Shown here in pieces: positions 1-10,713 of a stretch of 64,000 bases of DNA. Below the pieces are notes generated by a model that searched no databases, was not told where the DNA came from, and saw only the letters and a program-made list of their open reading frames with translations. The position numbers and the translations under genes are program-made. The DNA comes from Vampirovibrionaceae bacterium NZW_1234 (GTDB taxonomy: Bacteria > Cyanobacteriota > Vampirovibrionia > Vampirovibrionales > JAGQHJ01): contig JBGUGD010000001.1 in NCBI GenBank assembly GCA_041697335.1, positions 96,001 to 160,000 on the forward strand. The letters are read 5' to 3'. Within the stretch, counting starts at the first letter, position 1. Every line of letters begins with the position of its first letter.

Positions 1-129
1 AAAACCGCTGAGCCAAACCACGAGAACTCCTCGGTTTCGAGAGAGGTTCTTGACGATAGGCTTGGTCAGGAACTGGTTTGATCGGATTGCTTTTATTGTT
101 GCTATCGTACGTTCAATGGCATTGGGCAT
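1..129 (-). CDS. Partial hypothetical protein (N-terminus only, runs off the window edge)
   Basis: ATG at 129 opens 43 stop-free codons (MPNAIERTIATIKAIRSNQ...) to the window edge; GGAG at 147-144 is somewhat far upstream. Confidence 0.3.
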   Translation of the reverse strand, partial: MPNAIERTIATIKAIRSNQFLTKPIVKNLSRNRGVLVVWLSGF

Positions 130-244
130 GACGTTGGTTTGAACTCCAGTGAACCCTCAGATAGTTCATTATGGCGCATTCAAGAAGCGTCAACAACGAA
201 AATCGAAGATATTTGAATCTGAATCCGTCACGGTCTGGATTGGC

Positions 245-1327
<1,083 letters not shown>

Positions 1328-1603
1328 TTATCGTCCGACTTCCAGGACGACATCGCCATGGATGCGACATTGACAGGATAAACGGTCATTGGGGTCGAGG
1401 TAGAAGACGGCTTCCTCAACAACGGTTTTGGGGCATATGTTTTCCATCCCCTGAAGGACGGTAACCACACAACTGCAACAGGCTCCGTTGCCGCCACAGC
1501 GATCATGGACATTGATGTCCAGTAGATGTGCCGCCTCTCGCAGCGTGGTTTCACCGTCAATTTCAATTTCCAGGTTTTGGGGTGTAAAACGGACTTTGGG
1601 CAT
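1328..1603 (-). CDS. 2Fe-2S ferredoxin
   Basis: CGGNGACCSC and RLSCQC cysteine pattern; typical MPKVRF start at ATG 1603 (alternative 1645). Confidence 0.85.
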   Translation of the reverse strand: MPKVRFTPQNLEIEIDGETTLREAAHLLDINVHDRCGGNGACCSCVVTVLQGMENICPKTVVEEAVFYLDPNDRLSCQCRIHGDVVLEVGR

Positions 1604-1670
1604 GAGTCTAATGGTTTGTTGCTCTGTAAATATCGTGCTTTTCATTGTATCGGATCGCCGCCTTTGGGAC

Positions 1671-1702
1671 AAAAAGAAAAAACCGAAGGGGTGACCTTCG
1701 GT
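1671..1702 (-). terminator. Intrinsic terminator downstream of yraN
   Basis: ACCGAAGG-N5-CCTTCGGT stem (1682-1702) preceded on + by an A-run (U-tail on -). Confidence 0.7.
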
Positions 1703-1748
1703 AGGGTAATGTGTGTGTGTTGTCAGACATGGGGTTTGTGGGAAACTT

Positions 1749-2117
1749 TTAAAAAGCGGATTCGTAGAAGGTGATAACAGGCGGTTGACCATTGTTCTGG
1801 TGAACAACCGTAATCACGTCAAACGACACTTGATTGTATTGAAAATCTGGCTGCGTAGCGAGGTACGCTTCTGCTAAAATCCTGATTTTCTCTTGCTTTA
1901 CTGGCGTTATTGCCTCATGTGCTTCTCCATACTTCGTATTTCGACGTGTCTTCACTTCTACAAATTTAAGGGTTAACGTTTTCGGGGAATACGCAATGAT
2001 ATCTATTTCGCCAAACTGACCGTATCTCCAATTACACTGAAGGATTTCGAACCCAGCTTGTTCTAGGAATACCCTTGCGAGGGATTCACCGTGTTGACCT
2101 AATTGACGAGACTTCAC
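1749..2117 (-). CDS. yraN: YraN (UPF0102) family putative nuclease
   Basis: LGxxGE, GEIDIIA, FVEVKTR and FDVITV motifs; GTG start at 2117. Confidence 0.9.
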   Translation of the reverse strand: MKSRQLGQHGESLARVFLEQAGFEILQCNWRYGQFGEIDIIAYSPKTLTLKFVEVKTRRNTKYGEAHEAITPVKQEKIRILAEAYLATQPDFQYNQVSFDVITVVHQNNGQPPVITFYESAF

Positions 2118-2160
2118 TCTGGCCTTAACAACACAAACACTACAATGGTTATTGTAACGT

Positions 2161-2493
2161 TTAAGCGTTAAAGGTTTTGAACGAAGAGTCAATGTTTTTG
2201 TTGATAACCTTTTGAACCGCTTCAATCTCTGTCTGAACTGCCTGACGTTGGGTGTCCACACGACGTAAGTTCATTTCGAGAGCCTTATCCAGCGTCTGAA
2301 TCGCTGCAATTCTCGCTTGGATAGCGATAGCCGCAGGGGATTCAGGTTCAAGGTTAGCACTAATCGTAAACAGAGCGCCAGTGACGTTGGCCAGGGACAT
2401 ACGAGCTTGGTTAATGAACTGCCCCTGCAATTCCAAGTCACTCTTACGAGCTGTTAGGATTAGATATCTGGCTTGACTTGCTGCAAAACCCAC
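2161..2493 (-). CDS. Small helical/coiled-coil hypothetical protein (MGFAASQAR... type)
   Basis: 110 aa, GTG start with AGGAG RBS, heptad-like Leu/Ile/Gln pattern, no signal peptide. Confidence 0.85.
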   Translation of the reverse strand: MGFAASQARYLILTARKSDLELQGQFINQARMSLANVTGALFTISANLEPESPAAIAIQARIAAIQTLDKALEMNLRRVDTQRQAVQTEIEAVQKVINKNIDSSFKTFNA

Positions 2494-2911
2494 TTCTCTA
2501 TTCTCCTATTTATTCTTCTCGAATGAGTTACAAGTGACTTACATAATATATATAAAACATTCAAAATAACCGGATTGCTCAAAACGGTCCAAATTGATCT
2601 CAAACTGTAATAATTCTTAAAAAACAATCAAAAGATAAGGGAAACTTAATGATTTCCCGGGCAATATCCGTGTTGCGGCCTTATACGGCTGCCATTTGAG
2701 CCCTTTTCGAAGGGCGAAAATCCGGGTTTTGGGACAGAATATTATCTTTTCATTAGGATTTCTAAAGGATAGATCGATGACCTTACCCCCTCAAGGACGA
2801 GTCCGGTAAGTTGAGCCATCCCGAATCAATCCCTGTGGATGGGGCTTGTAGCAAGGGAATTTGGCTTCCTTGAAAGGAAGGTGTGCCTAACAGCCAAGCA
2901 AAAGGGACTGG

Positions 2912-3229
2912 TTAAATGATTTGTGTCCCATCCGGCACGCCGTGATCGCCAAAGCTAAGCCGGATAACGCTTAATATGCTTTCTATTAGCTCTTCCTGAC
3001 TTTGGAACTCTTCTTGCGGACTGTCATGAAGAATGTCAGCCAAAACCATGGACTCTGTCTGGGACCATTGGATTTCCAGCGGCCCGATATGTCTCATCAA
3101 TTCAGGCTTGCGGGCCGGGAAGCGAACTTGGGCCAAGGCGTCGTTTAAGCTATCCAGATTGCTGGTAAGGTTTGGCTCAGCCGTATCGGGTTGAGTTAAT
3201 TTGGGTTCGTCTTGTTTTGACTTGGCCAT
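2912..3229 (-). CDS. Small acidic protein, DUF2795-like
   Basis: GGAG RBS; L..V.FPA.K.EL pattern resembles DUF2795. Confidence 0.6.
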   Translation of the reverse strand: MAKSKQDEPKLTQPDTAEPNLTSNLDSLNDALAQVRFPARKPELMRHIGPLEIQWSQTESMVLADILHDSPQEEFQSQEELIESILSVIRLSFGDHGVPDGTQII

Positions 3230-3407
3230 GGTGTCTCCCCCCTGTTTTGAGCACTTCGCTGTCCAGACTGTCTCTCTCGGACGTTCTGGTCTTTGATTAC
3301 TTTACCCTACCTGGCGGGGGTGGGTGTATTCACTGAAAGACGGATCACCCCGGAGGGTTCTTTTTCCTATTCTTTTCTATATAGGATGGCGGCGATGTCC
3401 CGACACG

Positions 3408-3441
3408 AAAAAAATCCCTGTGATGTTGCCGTCACAGGGAT
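3408..3441 (-). terminator. Intrinsic terminator following conserved core copy 1
   Basis: ATCCCTGTGA-N8-TCACAGGGAT stem (3414-3441) with an upstream A-run on +. Confidence 0.7.
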
Positions 3442-3583
3442 AGGGATTTTTCCCTACAATCGTACATTGGCTATGGGTTAAGTTAAAGCGAAAATGAGTA
3501 GTAACTGCTACTTAGCCCCAAGATTGCAGGGAAACAACATAGCTCGTGTATTGCCGCCCCAAAGTAGGGGGCGGGTTTCGGTT

Positions 3584-3763
3584 CTAAGCTTCCGTCCAGA
3601 GGCGCTGGTTGCTGTTGGGTGCGCCAGTCAAAAGGTTACCGCTGATCCCACCACCAAAGCTGCTGGCCGTGTCATTGGAGACCCCGTTAAAGCTATTGCT
3701 TGGAGGGAAGGTGGTTTTCATTACGTTTGCTGAACCGCCCATTGCGCTCATACTGCATGCCAT
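3584..3763 (-). CDS. 59-aa Ser/Gly/Asn-rich small protein (not in the ORF track)
   Basis: Translated by hand: MACSMSAMGGSANVMKTTFPPSNSFNGVSNDTASSFGGGISGNLLTGAPNSNQRLWTEA*. AAGGAG lies 7 nt upstream of the ATG and a GC hairpin follows the stop. Confidence 0.65.
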   Translation of the reverse strand: MACSMSAMGGSANVMKTTFPPSNSFNGVSNDTASSFGGGISGNLLTGAPNSNQRLWTEA

Positions 3764-4007
3764 TGGTAGACTCCTTTTCTTGTTTCCTACTAACCTAACT
3801 GAAACGTTATATTCTTATAATAATGAATTGTTGAAACAAGAAGTGTCTTCTGGCCTACAAATTTAAAAAGAAAATAAAAAAACGTGGTGGCGTGGGTTGC
3901 ATCTTTGCCCGAAAAGCCTCAAGGCATGGGCCATTTGCCTATTGTTACGGTTTCTGGAAGTGAACATTTATGCCTGTAATTTTCCAGGTGCCACAGGGGG
4001 GCTGGAC

Positions 4008-4121
4008 AAAAAAGAAAAACCCTATGGAAGTCATAGGGTTAACAATCGTACATTGGCTATGGATAAGTCGTTAAGAGTAAGATCGATTTAGCGTGTTTTC
4101 TGTGAGAGTAGAGTTTCGATA
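4008..4121 (-). ncRNA. Candidate sibling sRNA, copy 2 (ends approximate)
   Basis: Conserved upstream block with CATAAT, core at 4042-4073, terminator stem AACCCTATG/CATAGGGTT plus U-tail. Confidence 0.6.
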
Positions 4122-4473
4122 CTTTTATTATGTCAAATTGATGTGTTGCTTTCTGTCGGGTAGCCAACAAATTTGTTCAGCGGACTCAAATTCGTCTTCG
4201 GAGTTTATCCGAAGCGTCTGAAACCCTTTTTAGATCTGGGTTTGAGGTGGTTTACATTTCGCAATCATCCTGCTCTCCAAGCGCGTTCCTCTAAAGGACG
4301 GACAAAAAAAAGAAACCCTATGGTGAGCATAGGGCGAGACAATCGTACATTGGCTATGGATAAGTCGTTATGAGAGAGAGGTTTAGAGTTTTGGTCTGAA
4401 GAGATGTGTTGAGTTTCGATACTTTTATTATGTCAAATTGATGTGTTACTTTCTGTCGGGTAGCTGACAAATT
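4111..4473. repeat. 63-bp direct repeat pair (4111-4173 and 4411-4473), putative duplicated sRNA promoter
   Basis: 60/63 identical by hand alignment, offset exactly 300 nt. Confidence 0.9.
4304..4421 (-). ncRNA. Candidate sibling sRNA, copy 3 (ends approximate)
   Basis: Same layout as copy 2; core at 4339-4370; same CCCTATG/CATAGGG stem with a different loop. Confidence 0.6.
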
Positions 4474-4588
4474 CGACGGACTCCTCGGGTAATCCTGAAA
4501 AAACCGCCTAAATGCTCTCCACGAGAGGCAAAAAGGCGGTTTACAAAAGTTAAAGATTGAAGGCTTACAGCGAAATCAAGCCCGTCTG

Positions 4589-5773
4589 TTATTTGAAATA
4601 GGCGCTGACTTGCTTGTCTTCAGCATAACAGCTCCCGTTCCAGCGATAGACATAGATCGGGTGGTAAGGGTCTTTGTCAAACTGGCGAACCACAATTTCC
4701 ATCTTGCCGTCGCCATCAATGTCTTCGGTAATATGGGGGCCTTTGTGGGATTTCAGTTCCCCGATCACCTGGTTTTTCCCGTTGAGAATACGAACCTCAT
4801 AGGGGGCGTTGGGCGTGCCGGTTAAAAAGAAATTGATGGAATCGGTCGTGCCGTCCTGATCCAAATCCAGCGATTTACTGGTTTTCAGTTGGTTCCAGTT
4901 GACGGGTGTCGAACTGAAGGAGCATGTCTGCGCAACTTCCGGGGGACGAGATGTCGCGGTTGTTGTACTCTGGTCCGACTCTACCGTGTTGCCATCAGCC
5001 ATGGACAAGGCCATCAGCGCACTATTGGGGCTGGATGACGTCGCACCGTAGGGAACATAAATGGTCGTCACGTCTTCATTAATTAAGCTGCTATAAGCTT
5101 CATAAGGCTTCAGTCCTTCCAAAATGCGCACATAGCTGGGCCATACACCGGGTTTCATATCATCGCGGTTAAAAATCAGGGCATCTTTCAGCTTGTAGCC
5201 CACATCCATCTTGCGGGTGGTCATGGCATCCGGCGGCGCGTTTTCAAAGATAATGTCCGTATCGACCTGGGCCAAGCCATAGGCCAGGCTGGTATAGGGG
5301 GAGCCGATTTTATCGTTGGCTTTTCTCAGGAAGAAAAGGCCGTTCTTATTGGCTTCCATCACCAGTTGGGCGTATCCATAGTCGAAAAACTTGATGGGGT
5401 CATTTTCATTGGTCAAATAGCGGGCTTTCAAAGCCTTCATCAGCTTTGCACGCTCTTCGGGAATCTGGCCATAGGCTGCATAGGCCCGTCGAAGGGTCTC
5501 CATATGCAGGAGCAGCGAATCGGTCGACGTCATAAACTCATAGGTTCCGTCTGCCGTTTGGACAGCCTGGTCCAGGCCTTCGGCTTGGGGGACACTGGAC
5601 ACTTCCAACGGAACTGTTCTAAGCAGCATGGGCTTTTCAGTAACCGTGGTTGACGTTGCTTCCAGTGCGACATCTTCAGCCTTGCCGGGTGCCAGGAGGG
5701 CTGTTGTTAATGTTAGCGCCAGCATGGAGGCAAAGGTGGTTTGCTTCATCCAACTCAGTGACCGGTTGTCCAT
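4589..5773 (-). CDS. Exported protein with helical region and C-terminal FG-GAP/VCBS-like Ca-binding loops
   Basis: GAGGAG RBS before ATG 5773; hydrophobic signal segment ending GKA; DLDQDGTTDSI and DIDGDGKMEIVV motifs. Confidence 0.75.
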   Translation of the reverse strand: MDNRSLSWMKQTTFASMLALTLTTALLAPGKAEDVALEATSTTVTEKPMLLRTVPLEVSSVPQAEGLDQAVQTADGTYEFMTSTDSLLLHMETLRRAYAAYGQIPEERAKLMKALKARYLTNENDPIKFFDYGYAQLVMEANKNGLFFLRKANDKIGSPYTSLAYGLAQVDTDIIFENAPPDAMTTRKMDVGYKLKDALIFNRDDMKPGVWPSYVRILEGLKPYEAYSSLINEDVTTIYVPYGATSSSPNSALMALSMADGNTVESDQSTTTATSRPPEVAQTCSFSSTPVNWNQLKTSKSLDLDQDGTTDSINFFLTGTPNAPYEVRILNGKNQVIGELKSHKGPHITEDIDGDGKMEIVVRQFDKDPYHPIYVYRWNGSCYAEDKQVSAYFK

Positions 5774-6430
5774 AGAACACACTCCTCTAAAATCGCTTGC
5801 TTTTGGACTTACATGGCCCCATATCACCATATCGGGGCAGATTTGATTTTCTTTATCATGGCCTCTCTCTATATATAGAATAAAGGGAGGTCATTTGTCT
5901 GAAAGTCATCCGATCTCAATTATAAGGAAAAGCCTCAAATCGGGGGACGGGGGCGTAACGATCTTCAATGACGAGGTCGTTGGCAAGGAGGTTCCGATAG
6001 GGGGAATTTCCCCGACTCCGAACCGGCTTCACCGGGGAGACTGATCGAAGCCTTCATGGGGCGCCCTCTGCCATGGGCTGAGGACAGGAAAGTACCGCTA
6101 GACAAAGGATTTGTTTTCTGGCACAATAAACCAGCCTCGCCATACCCAACCCGATCGGGAGTGACCCCTGATCCGGAACTGCGATGAGACCGGGCTCGGT
6201 TTTTGCCCTCAAGAACCAAAGATGCGCCCCGCGCTGTGGTCGCCCACAGAAATCATAACGATGGTCTTGATCCTGTTTTTTGTTTTGGTTATGGTGTTGG
6301 TTCACACTGTATGGCACGGCGAATTTCGGTCGCTCGCCACACCAGTTACGAAAACGTAAGAAGCTACAGAGTCAAAACGTAACGAACACGGTACGAAATA
6401 AGTAAAGAAAGCTGAGAAAGTACAGAAAGC

Positions 6431-6805
6431 ATGGCACGGATTGTTGGTGTAGATCTTCCACGTAACAAGAAGCTTTTATGGGCTTTGACCTATATTTACG
6501 GCATTGGCCTGACAAGCAGCAAAAAGATTTTAGAAGCCACCGGCATTGACCCGGACAAGCGTACAGATGATCTGACCGAGGATGATATCAACCGTCTGCG
6601 GGAAGAAATCGAAAAGAACTACCAGGTCGAAGGGGATCTGCGGCGTAAAGTGGGGATGGACATCAAGCGTCTCCAGGAGATCAACTGTTATCGCGGTCAG
6701 CGTCACCGCAGAGGTCTGCCGTGTCGTGGTCAGCGCACCAAGACGAATGCCAAGACTCGTCGTGGTAGAAAAGCTGGCAGCCCCATCAAGAAAAAAGCCG
6801 GTTAA
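6431..6805 (+). CDS. rpsM: 30S ribosomal protein S13
   Basis: [13 protein letters not shown]...[13 protein letters not shown]. Confidence 0.98.
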   Translation: MARIVGVDLPRNKKLLWALTYIYGIGLTSSKKILEATGIDPDKRTDDLTEDDINRLREEIEKNYQVEGDLRRKVGMDIKRLQEINCYRGQRHRRGLPCRGQRTKTNAKTRRGRKAGSPIKKKAG

Positions 6806-6848
6806 TGCGTAGACAAGCTTAAGCACAGTGGAGAAAGCGTAATTTACT

Positions 6849-7247
6849 ATGGCCAAACAACAAAAAGACAAAGGCAAAGTCAAACGTAAAGAGAAAAAGA
6901 ATGTGCTCCAAGGCGTGGTGCACATTCAGTCCACGTTTAACAACAGTATTGTGACCTCGACCGACCCGCAAGGTAATGTCATTGCTTGGTCGAGTGCAGG
7001 GGCTTGTGGCTTCAAGGGTGCTCGCAAAGGCACACCGTTTGCCGCTCAGTCCGCCGCCGAAGACGTGGCCAAAAAGTCCGTCGAGCACGGTATGCGCTCG
7101 GTAAAAGTCTATGTCAGCGGACCGGGTGGCGGCCGTGAAACGGCTATCCGCGCCCTTCAGGTTGCTGGCTTGGAAATTACCTTAATCAAGGATGTGACCC
7201 CCATTCCGCACAACGGGTGCCGTCCTCCCAAACGTCGTCGAGTTTAA
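6849..7247 (+). CDS. rpsK: 30S ribosomal protein S11
   Basis: HIQSTFNN...[18 protein letters not shown]. Confidence 0.98.
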   Translation: MAKQQKDKGKVKRKEKKNVLQGVVHIQSTFNNSIVTSTDPQGNVIAWSSAGACGFKGARKGTPFAAQSAAEDVAKKSVEHGMRSVKVYVSGPGGGRETAIRALQVAGLEITLIKDVTPIPHNGCRPPKRRRV

Positions 7248-7279
7248 GCAGCAGAAATTGATAACAAGGAGAAGTACCC

Positions 7280-7894
7280 TTGGCACGCTATCGTAAATCA
7301 GTTTGCAAATTATGCCGCAACGAGGGCATGAAGCTCTTCCTGAAAGGGGCTCGTTGCGAAACCAAATGTGCAATCGACAAGAAACCCTACGCCACCGGCC
7401 AACATGGTCAGGCTCGGAAAAAGCTCTCTGAATACGCCATTCAGTTGCGTGAAAAGCAAAAAGTTCGCCGTATGTATGGTGTTCAGGAAAAGCAATTCCG
7501 CAAGTACTACGAAAAAGCAACCCGGACCACTGGGGTTACCGGTACCATCATCTTCCAATTGTTGGAAGCTCGCTTGGATAACGTTCTTTACCGCTCCGGT
7601 CTGGTTCCTTCCCGTGCCCAAGCCCGTCAAATGATTGGCCATGGACACTTTCTGGTGAATGGACGCAAAGTCGATATCCCGTCGGTTCAGCTCAAGCCGG
7701 GTGACGTGATTACGCCCAAGGAAAAGAGCAAGGAACTGATCAAGCAACTTTCCGAAATTGCCACCACGGCCACCCCGCGCTGGTTGGATGTGGATAAGGA
7801 CAATCTGGCCATTCGGGTGAATGCAAAAGTTGAACGGGAAGACGTGGATGCTACCCTCAAAGAAGCGCTGATCGTTGAATACTATTCACGGTAA
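7280..7894 (+). CDS. rpsD: 30S ribosomal protein S4 (Cys-containing, Zn-ribbon type)
   Basis: TTG start; CKLCR...C...C; QLREKQK, RLDN and IVEYYSR motifs. Confidence 0.97.
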   Translation: MARYRKSVCKLCRNEGMKLFLKGARCETKCAIDKKPYATGQHGQARKKLSEYAIQLREKQKVRRMYGVQEKQFRKYYEKATRTTGVTGTIIFQLLEARLDNVLYRSGLVPSRAQARQMIGHGHFLVNGRKVDIPSVQLKPGDVITPKEKSKELIKQLSEIATTATPRWLDVDKDNLAIRVNAKVEREDVDATLKEALIVEYYSR

Positions 7895-7961
7895 GCGATA
7901 TACTTTTGTTCTAGAACAGTTCTATCCGCCGGATAATTTTTAAGAGGAGTTTTAGCCCCCT

Positions 7962-8924
7962 ATGGAACACCAACCCAACATTAAATGTGTCAACACAACC
8001 ACCGATTCGGATGGTTCGATTTATGGCAAGTTTGTGATTGAACCGTTGGAAAGAGGCTACGGGACCACTTTGGGTAACTCGTTGCGTCGGGTTCTTTTGT
8101 CCAGCTTGCCGGGTTCTGCCATTACGGCTGTTCGTATCGAAGGGGTCAGTCACGAGTTCACTACCATGCCTGGTGTCAAGGAAGACGTCATGGACATCAT
8201 CCTCAATCTCAAAGGCATCGTGATCAAGAATCTGACCGAAGATACCCAATATCTTCGCATTGATGCCGATAAACCCGGCCCGGTGTTTGCAGGCGATATC
8301 AATTTGCCTGGTGATGTTCGTATCGTCAACCCCGATCGCTTGATCTGCACCTTGTCCGAGGGTGGCAGCTTCCATGCCGATCTGACCGTTGAAAACGGCA
8401 AAGGCTATGTTCCGGCCAACACCAGCGGTAACCTCCCGGTTGATGTATTGCCCATTGACGGTGTCTTTATGCCCATCCGCCGGGTTGCCTACACCGTGGA
8501 AGATACCCGGGTCGGCCAGCGCACCGATTATGACAAACTGATTCTGGAAGTCTGGTCCAACGGCAGCATCGAAGTGGCTGAAGCCCTGAGCCGTGCTGCA
8601 AACCTGCTCATCGAGCACATGTTGCCTCTGGCCTCTTTGTCCGGTATTCCCAAGCTGGTGGCTCAACCTCAGCCTGAAGAAACCGAGACGGAGACCAAGG
8701 CGCCCAATATCACCGTCGAAGATCTGGAATTGTCCGTGCGTGCCTTCAACTGCTTGAAGCGGGCCAATATCAATTCCATCAGCGAGTTGCTCAACAAGTC
8801 CGAAAACGACTTGCTCAACATTAAAAACTTCGGCAAGAAGTCCGCTGACGAGGTGATTGAGCGCTTAAGAGCCTTTGGTTTGGATCTGAAGCCCAATCCG
8901 GAAGAATCGGAACTGATTTCGTAA
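7962..8924 (+). CDS. rpoA: RNA polymerase alpha subunit
   Basis: EPLERGYGTTLGNSLRRVLL; LSVRAFNCLKR; KNFGKKS. Confidence 0.98.
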   Translation: MEHQPNIKCVNTTTDSDGSIYGKFVIEPLERGYGTTLGNSLRRVLLSSLPGSAITAVRIEGVSHEFTTMPGVKEDVMDIILNLKGIVIKNLTEDTQYLRIDADKPGPVFAGDINLPGDVRIVNPDRLICTLSEGGSFHADLTVENGKGYVPANTSGNLPVDVLPIDGVFMPIRRVAYTVEDTRVGQRTDYDKLILEVWSNGSIEVAEALSRAANLLIEHMLPLASLSGIPKLVAQPQPEETETETKAPNITVEDLELSVRAFNCLKRANINSISELLNKSENDLLNIKNFGKKSADEVIERLRAFGLDLKPNPEESELIS

Positions 8925-8959
8925 GAAGGAAAGAATAAACTCCAAAAGGACTATCGATC

Positions 8960-9361
8960 ATGAGACACAGATGTAAACGTCATCACCTGTCCAAAGCGGC
9001 TGACCAGCGCAATGCGCTGATCCGGACTTTGGCAACCAGCTTTATCAAGCACAATGAGATTGTCACCACGCTGCCTCGGGCCAAAGCGCTTAAAGAAACC
9101 GTGGAGCAGCTCATTACCCTAGGTAAGCAAGGTGATGTTCACGCTATGCGTCAAGCTGCTCGGCATGTCTACAACCAGCCGACGGGCGAGCTCATGACCA
9201 CGGACAACGGAAAGACCATCTCCCAGACGGTATTGCGTAAGCTCTTCTCCGAAATCGCTCCCAAGTTCCAGGGGCGTAAGGGTGGATACACTCGTGTGGT
9301 GAAGCTTCCTCCCCGTCGTGGTGATGCCGCTCCGATGGCCCTCATTCAGCTGGTCGATTAG
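8960..9361 (+). CDS. rplQ: 50S ribosomal protein L17
   Basis: MRHR...GGYTRVVK...RRGDAAPMALIQLV. Confidence 0.97.
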   Translation: MRHRCKRHHLSKAADQRNALIRTLATSFIKHNEIVTTLPRAKALKETVEQLITLGKQGDVHAMRQAARHVYNQPTGELMTTDNGKTISQTVLRKLFSEIAPKFQGRKGGYTRVVKLPPRRGDAAPMALIQLVD

Positions 9362-9388
9362 GGATTTTTTCCCTTTCTGGGACCAGGC

Positions 9389-10297
9389 ATGATGACGGAC
9401 ATTCACTCTCAAAGTATCGACACCCAGCAGCAGCGCATTGCACTGCTGCTGGAGTATTTTGGCCCGGCTTTTTCGGGGGCGGCCCGACAGATTGAAGCCT
9501 ATACGGTTCAAGGCGCTTTGGAAAACACCTTGGCCAAGCTGAACATTCCGCATACCGGTGTGTGTCTCGCCGGGCGTACGGATGCCGGCGTGCATGCCAA
9601 GGGTCAGGTGGTTCATTTCGATATTCCCTTTCAAGGCCTGAATCAGATTCCAAGCCTGAATCTTTCCTTAAATGCAAAGTTACCCCATACTATGTCTGTG
9701 AAGGATTCGGTGATTGTGCCTCTGTCGGAGGTCAAGAAGCAGAACTTTCATGCCACCGTGTCGGCCCAGTGGCGCTGGTATCAGTACCGCATCTTTAATC
9801 AGCCCCTGCGGTCCACCTGGAAGCGTCCCGATGCGGCCTGGGTTCGCTATCCGATGGATGTGGAGCGCATGGCTGAAGGGGCACGCTACTTCCTGGGTGA
9901 ACATGACTTTGAGAGTTTCAAATGTCCTCGGACCGATAATATGAATAATGTTTGCAACGTCATCCACAGCCGCCTGTATCGGGAAGATGAAAACTATATT
10001 GTCTTTGACATTGTGGCCAATCGGTTTGTTTACAAAATGGTCCGCAATCTGATGGGGCTGTTGATTCAGATTGGGCTTGATGATCGTCTCCAGCCGGAAG
10101 ACATTCCCCAGATTATTGGATGCAAAGCCCGTCAGGATAGCTTTTCTACCGCACAACCCGAGGGTCTTTCCCTCATGGCGGTCCATTATCCCAAACCATG
10201 GGACTTTTTTCAGAACGATGTTTATGTTACAACTTTGAATCAGATAATACAGGAGTCCAGCAGTTATGAAAAAAACGTACTCCGCAAAGCCTCTTGA
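9389..10297 (+). CDS. truA: tRNA pseudouridine(38-40) synthase
   Basis: [19 protein letters not shown] and F.YKMVR motifs; overlaps the rplM start by 32 nt. Confidence 0.95.
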   Translation: MMTDIHSQSIDTQQQRIALLLEYFGPAFSGAARQIEAYTVQGALENTLAKLNIPHTGVCLAGRTDAGVHAKGQVVHFDIPFQGLNQIPSLNLSLNAKLPHTMSVKDSVIVPLSEVKKQNFHATVSAQWRWYQYRIFNQPLRSTWKRPDAAWVRYPMDVERMAEGARYFLGEHDFESFKCPRTDNMNNVCNVIHSRLYREDENYIVFDIVANRFVYKMVRNLMGLLIQIGLDDRLQPEDIPQIIGCKARQDSFSTAQPEGLSLMAVHYPKPWDFFQNDVYVTTLNQIIQESSSYEKNVLRKAS

Positions 10298-10712
10298 AGT
10301 AGAGCGTAAGTGGATCATCGTCGACGCTAAAGGCCAACGCCTTGGCCGTTTAGCCAGCACCGTGGCAACCTTGCTGCGTGGCAAGCATAAGCCCGAGTTC
10401 ACCCCCCACGTGGATACCGGGGATTTTGTTATCGTCATTAACGCCAGTGATGTTGAAGTGACCGGCAACAAGGCGAATGATAAAAAATACTACCGCAACA
10501 CCGGCTACCCGGGTGGTTTGCGGACGTTGACCTTTAAAGATTTCATGGCCAAGTCCCCTGAAAAGGTGATTGAGTTGGCCGTTTGGGGGATGATTCCTCA
10601 CACTCGCCTGGGTCGTGATCAGATCCGCAAATTGCATGTGTATCCCGGTGCTGAGCACCCGCATCAAGCTCAACAGCCGGAACTCTACAGAGAATTGGAG
10701 GTCGTGAAATAA
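10266..10712 (+). CDS. rplM: 50S ribosomal protein L13
   Basis: LGRLAS...[15 protein letters not shown]...HPHQAQQP. Confidence 0.98.
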   Translation: MKKTYSAKPLEVERKWIIVDAKGQRLGRLASTVATLLRGKHKPEFTPHVDTGDFVIVINASDVEVTGNKANDKKYYRNTGYPGGLRTLTFKDFMAKSPEKVIELAVWGMIPHTRLGRDQIRKLHVYPGAEHPHQAQQPELYRELEVVK

Positions 10713-10713
10713 C

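Noticed and set aside
3456..4370. CRISPR array or type III toxin-antitoxin repeat reading of the 21-32 nt repeats
   Set aside because: Spacing is about 300 and 590 nt, each copy has its own terminator, and no cas or toxin gene is adjacent.
3293..4373. Three + strand ORFs sharing NRTLAM(G/D)
   Set aside because: They have weak starts, no RBS and no similarity outside the DNA repeat; terminator polarity indicates minus-strand RNAs.
6184..6258. Possible rpmJ before rpsM
   Set aside because: The short ORF MRPGSVFALKNQRCAPRCGRPQKS lacks the L36 pattern and the KQRQG end.
5949..6345. tmRNA or RNase P RNA (GGGGGCG start, ...CACCA, AGGAAAGT)
   Set aside because: There is no pairing acceptor stem, T-loop or tag reading frame, and the RNase P P4 consensus is incomplete.
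10595..10603. Yfr1-like TCCTCACAC
   Set aside because: It lies inside the rplM coding sequence with no flanking hairpins.
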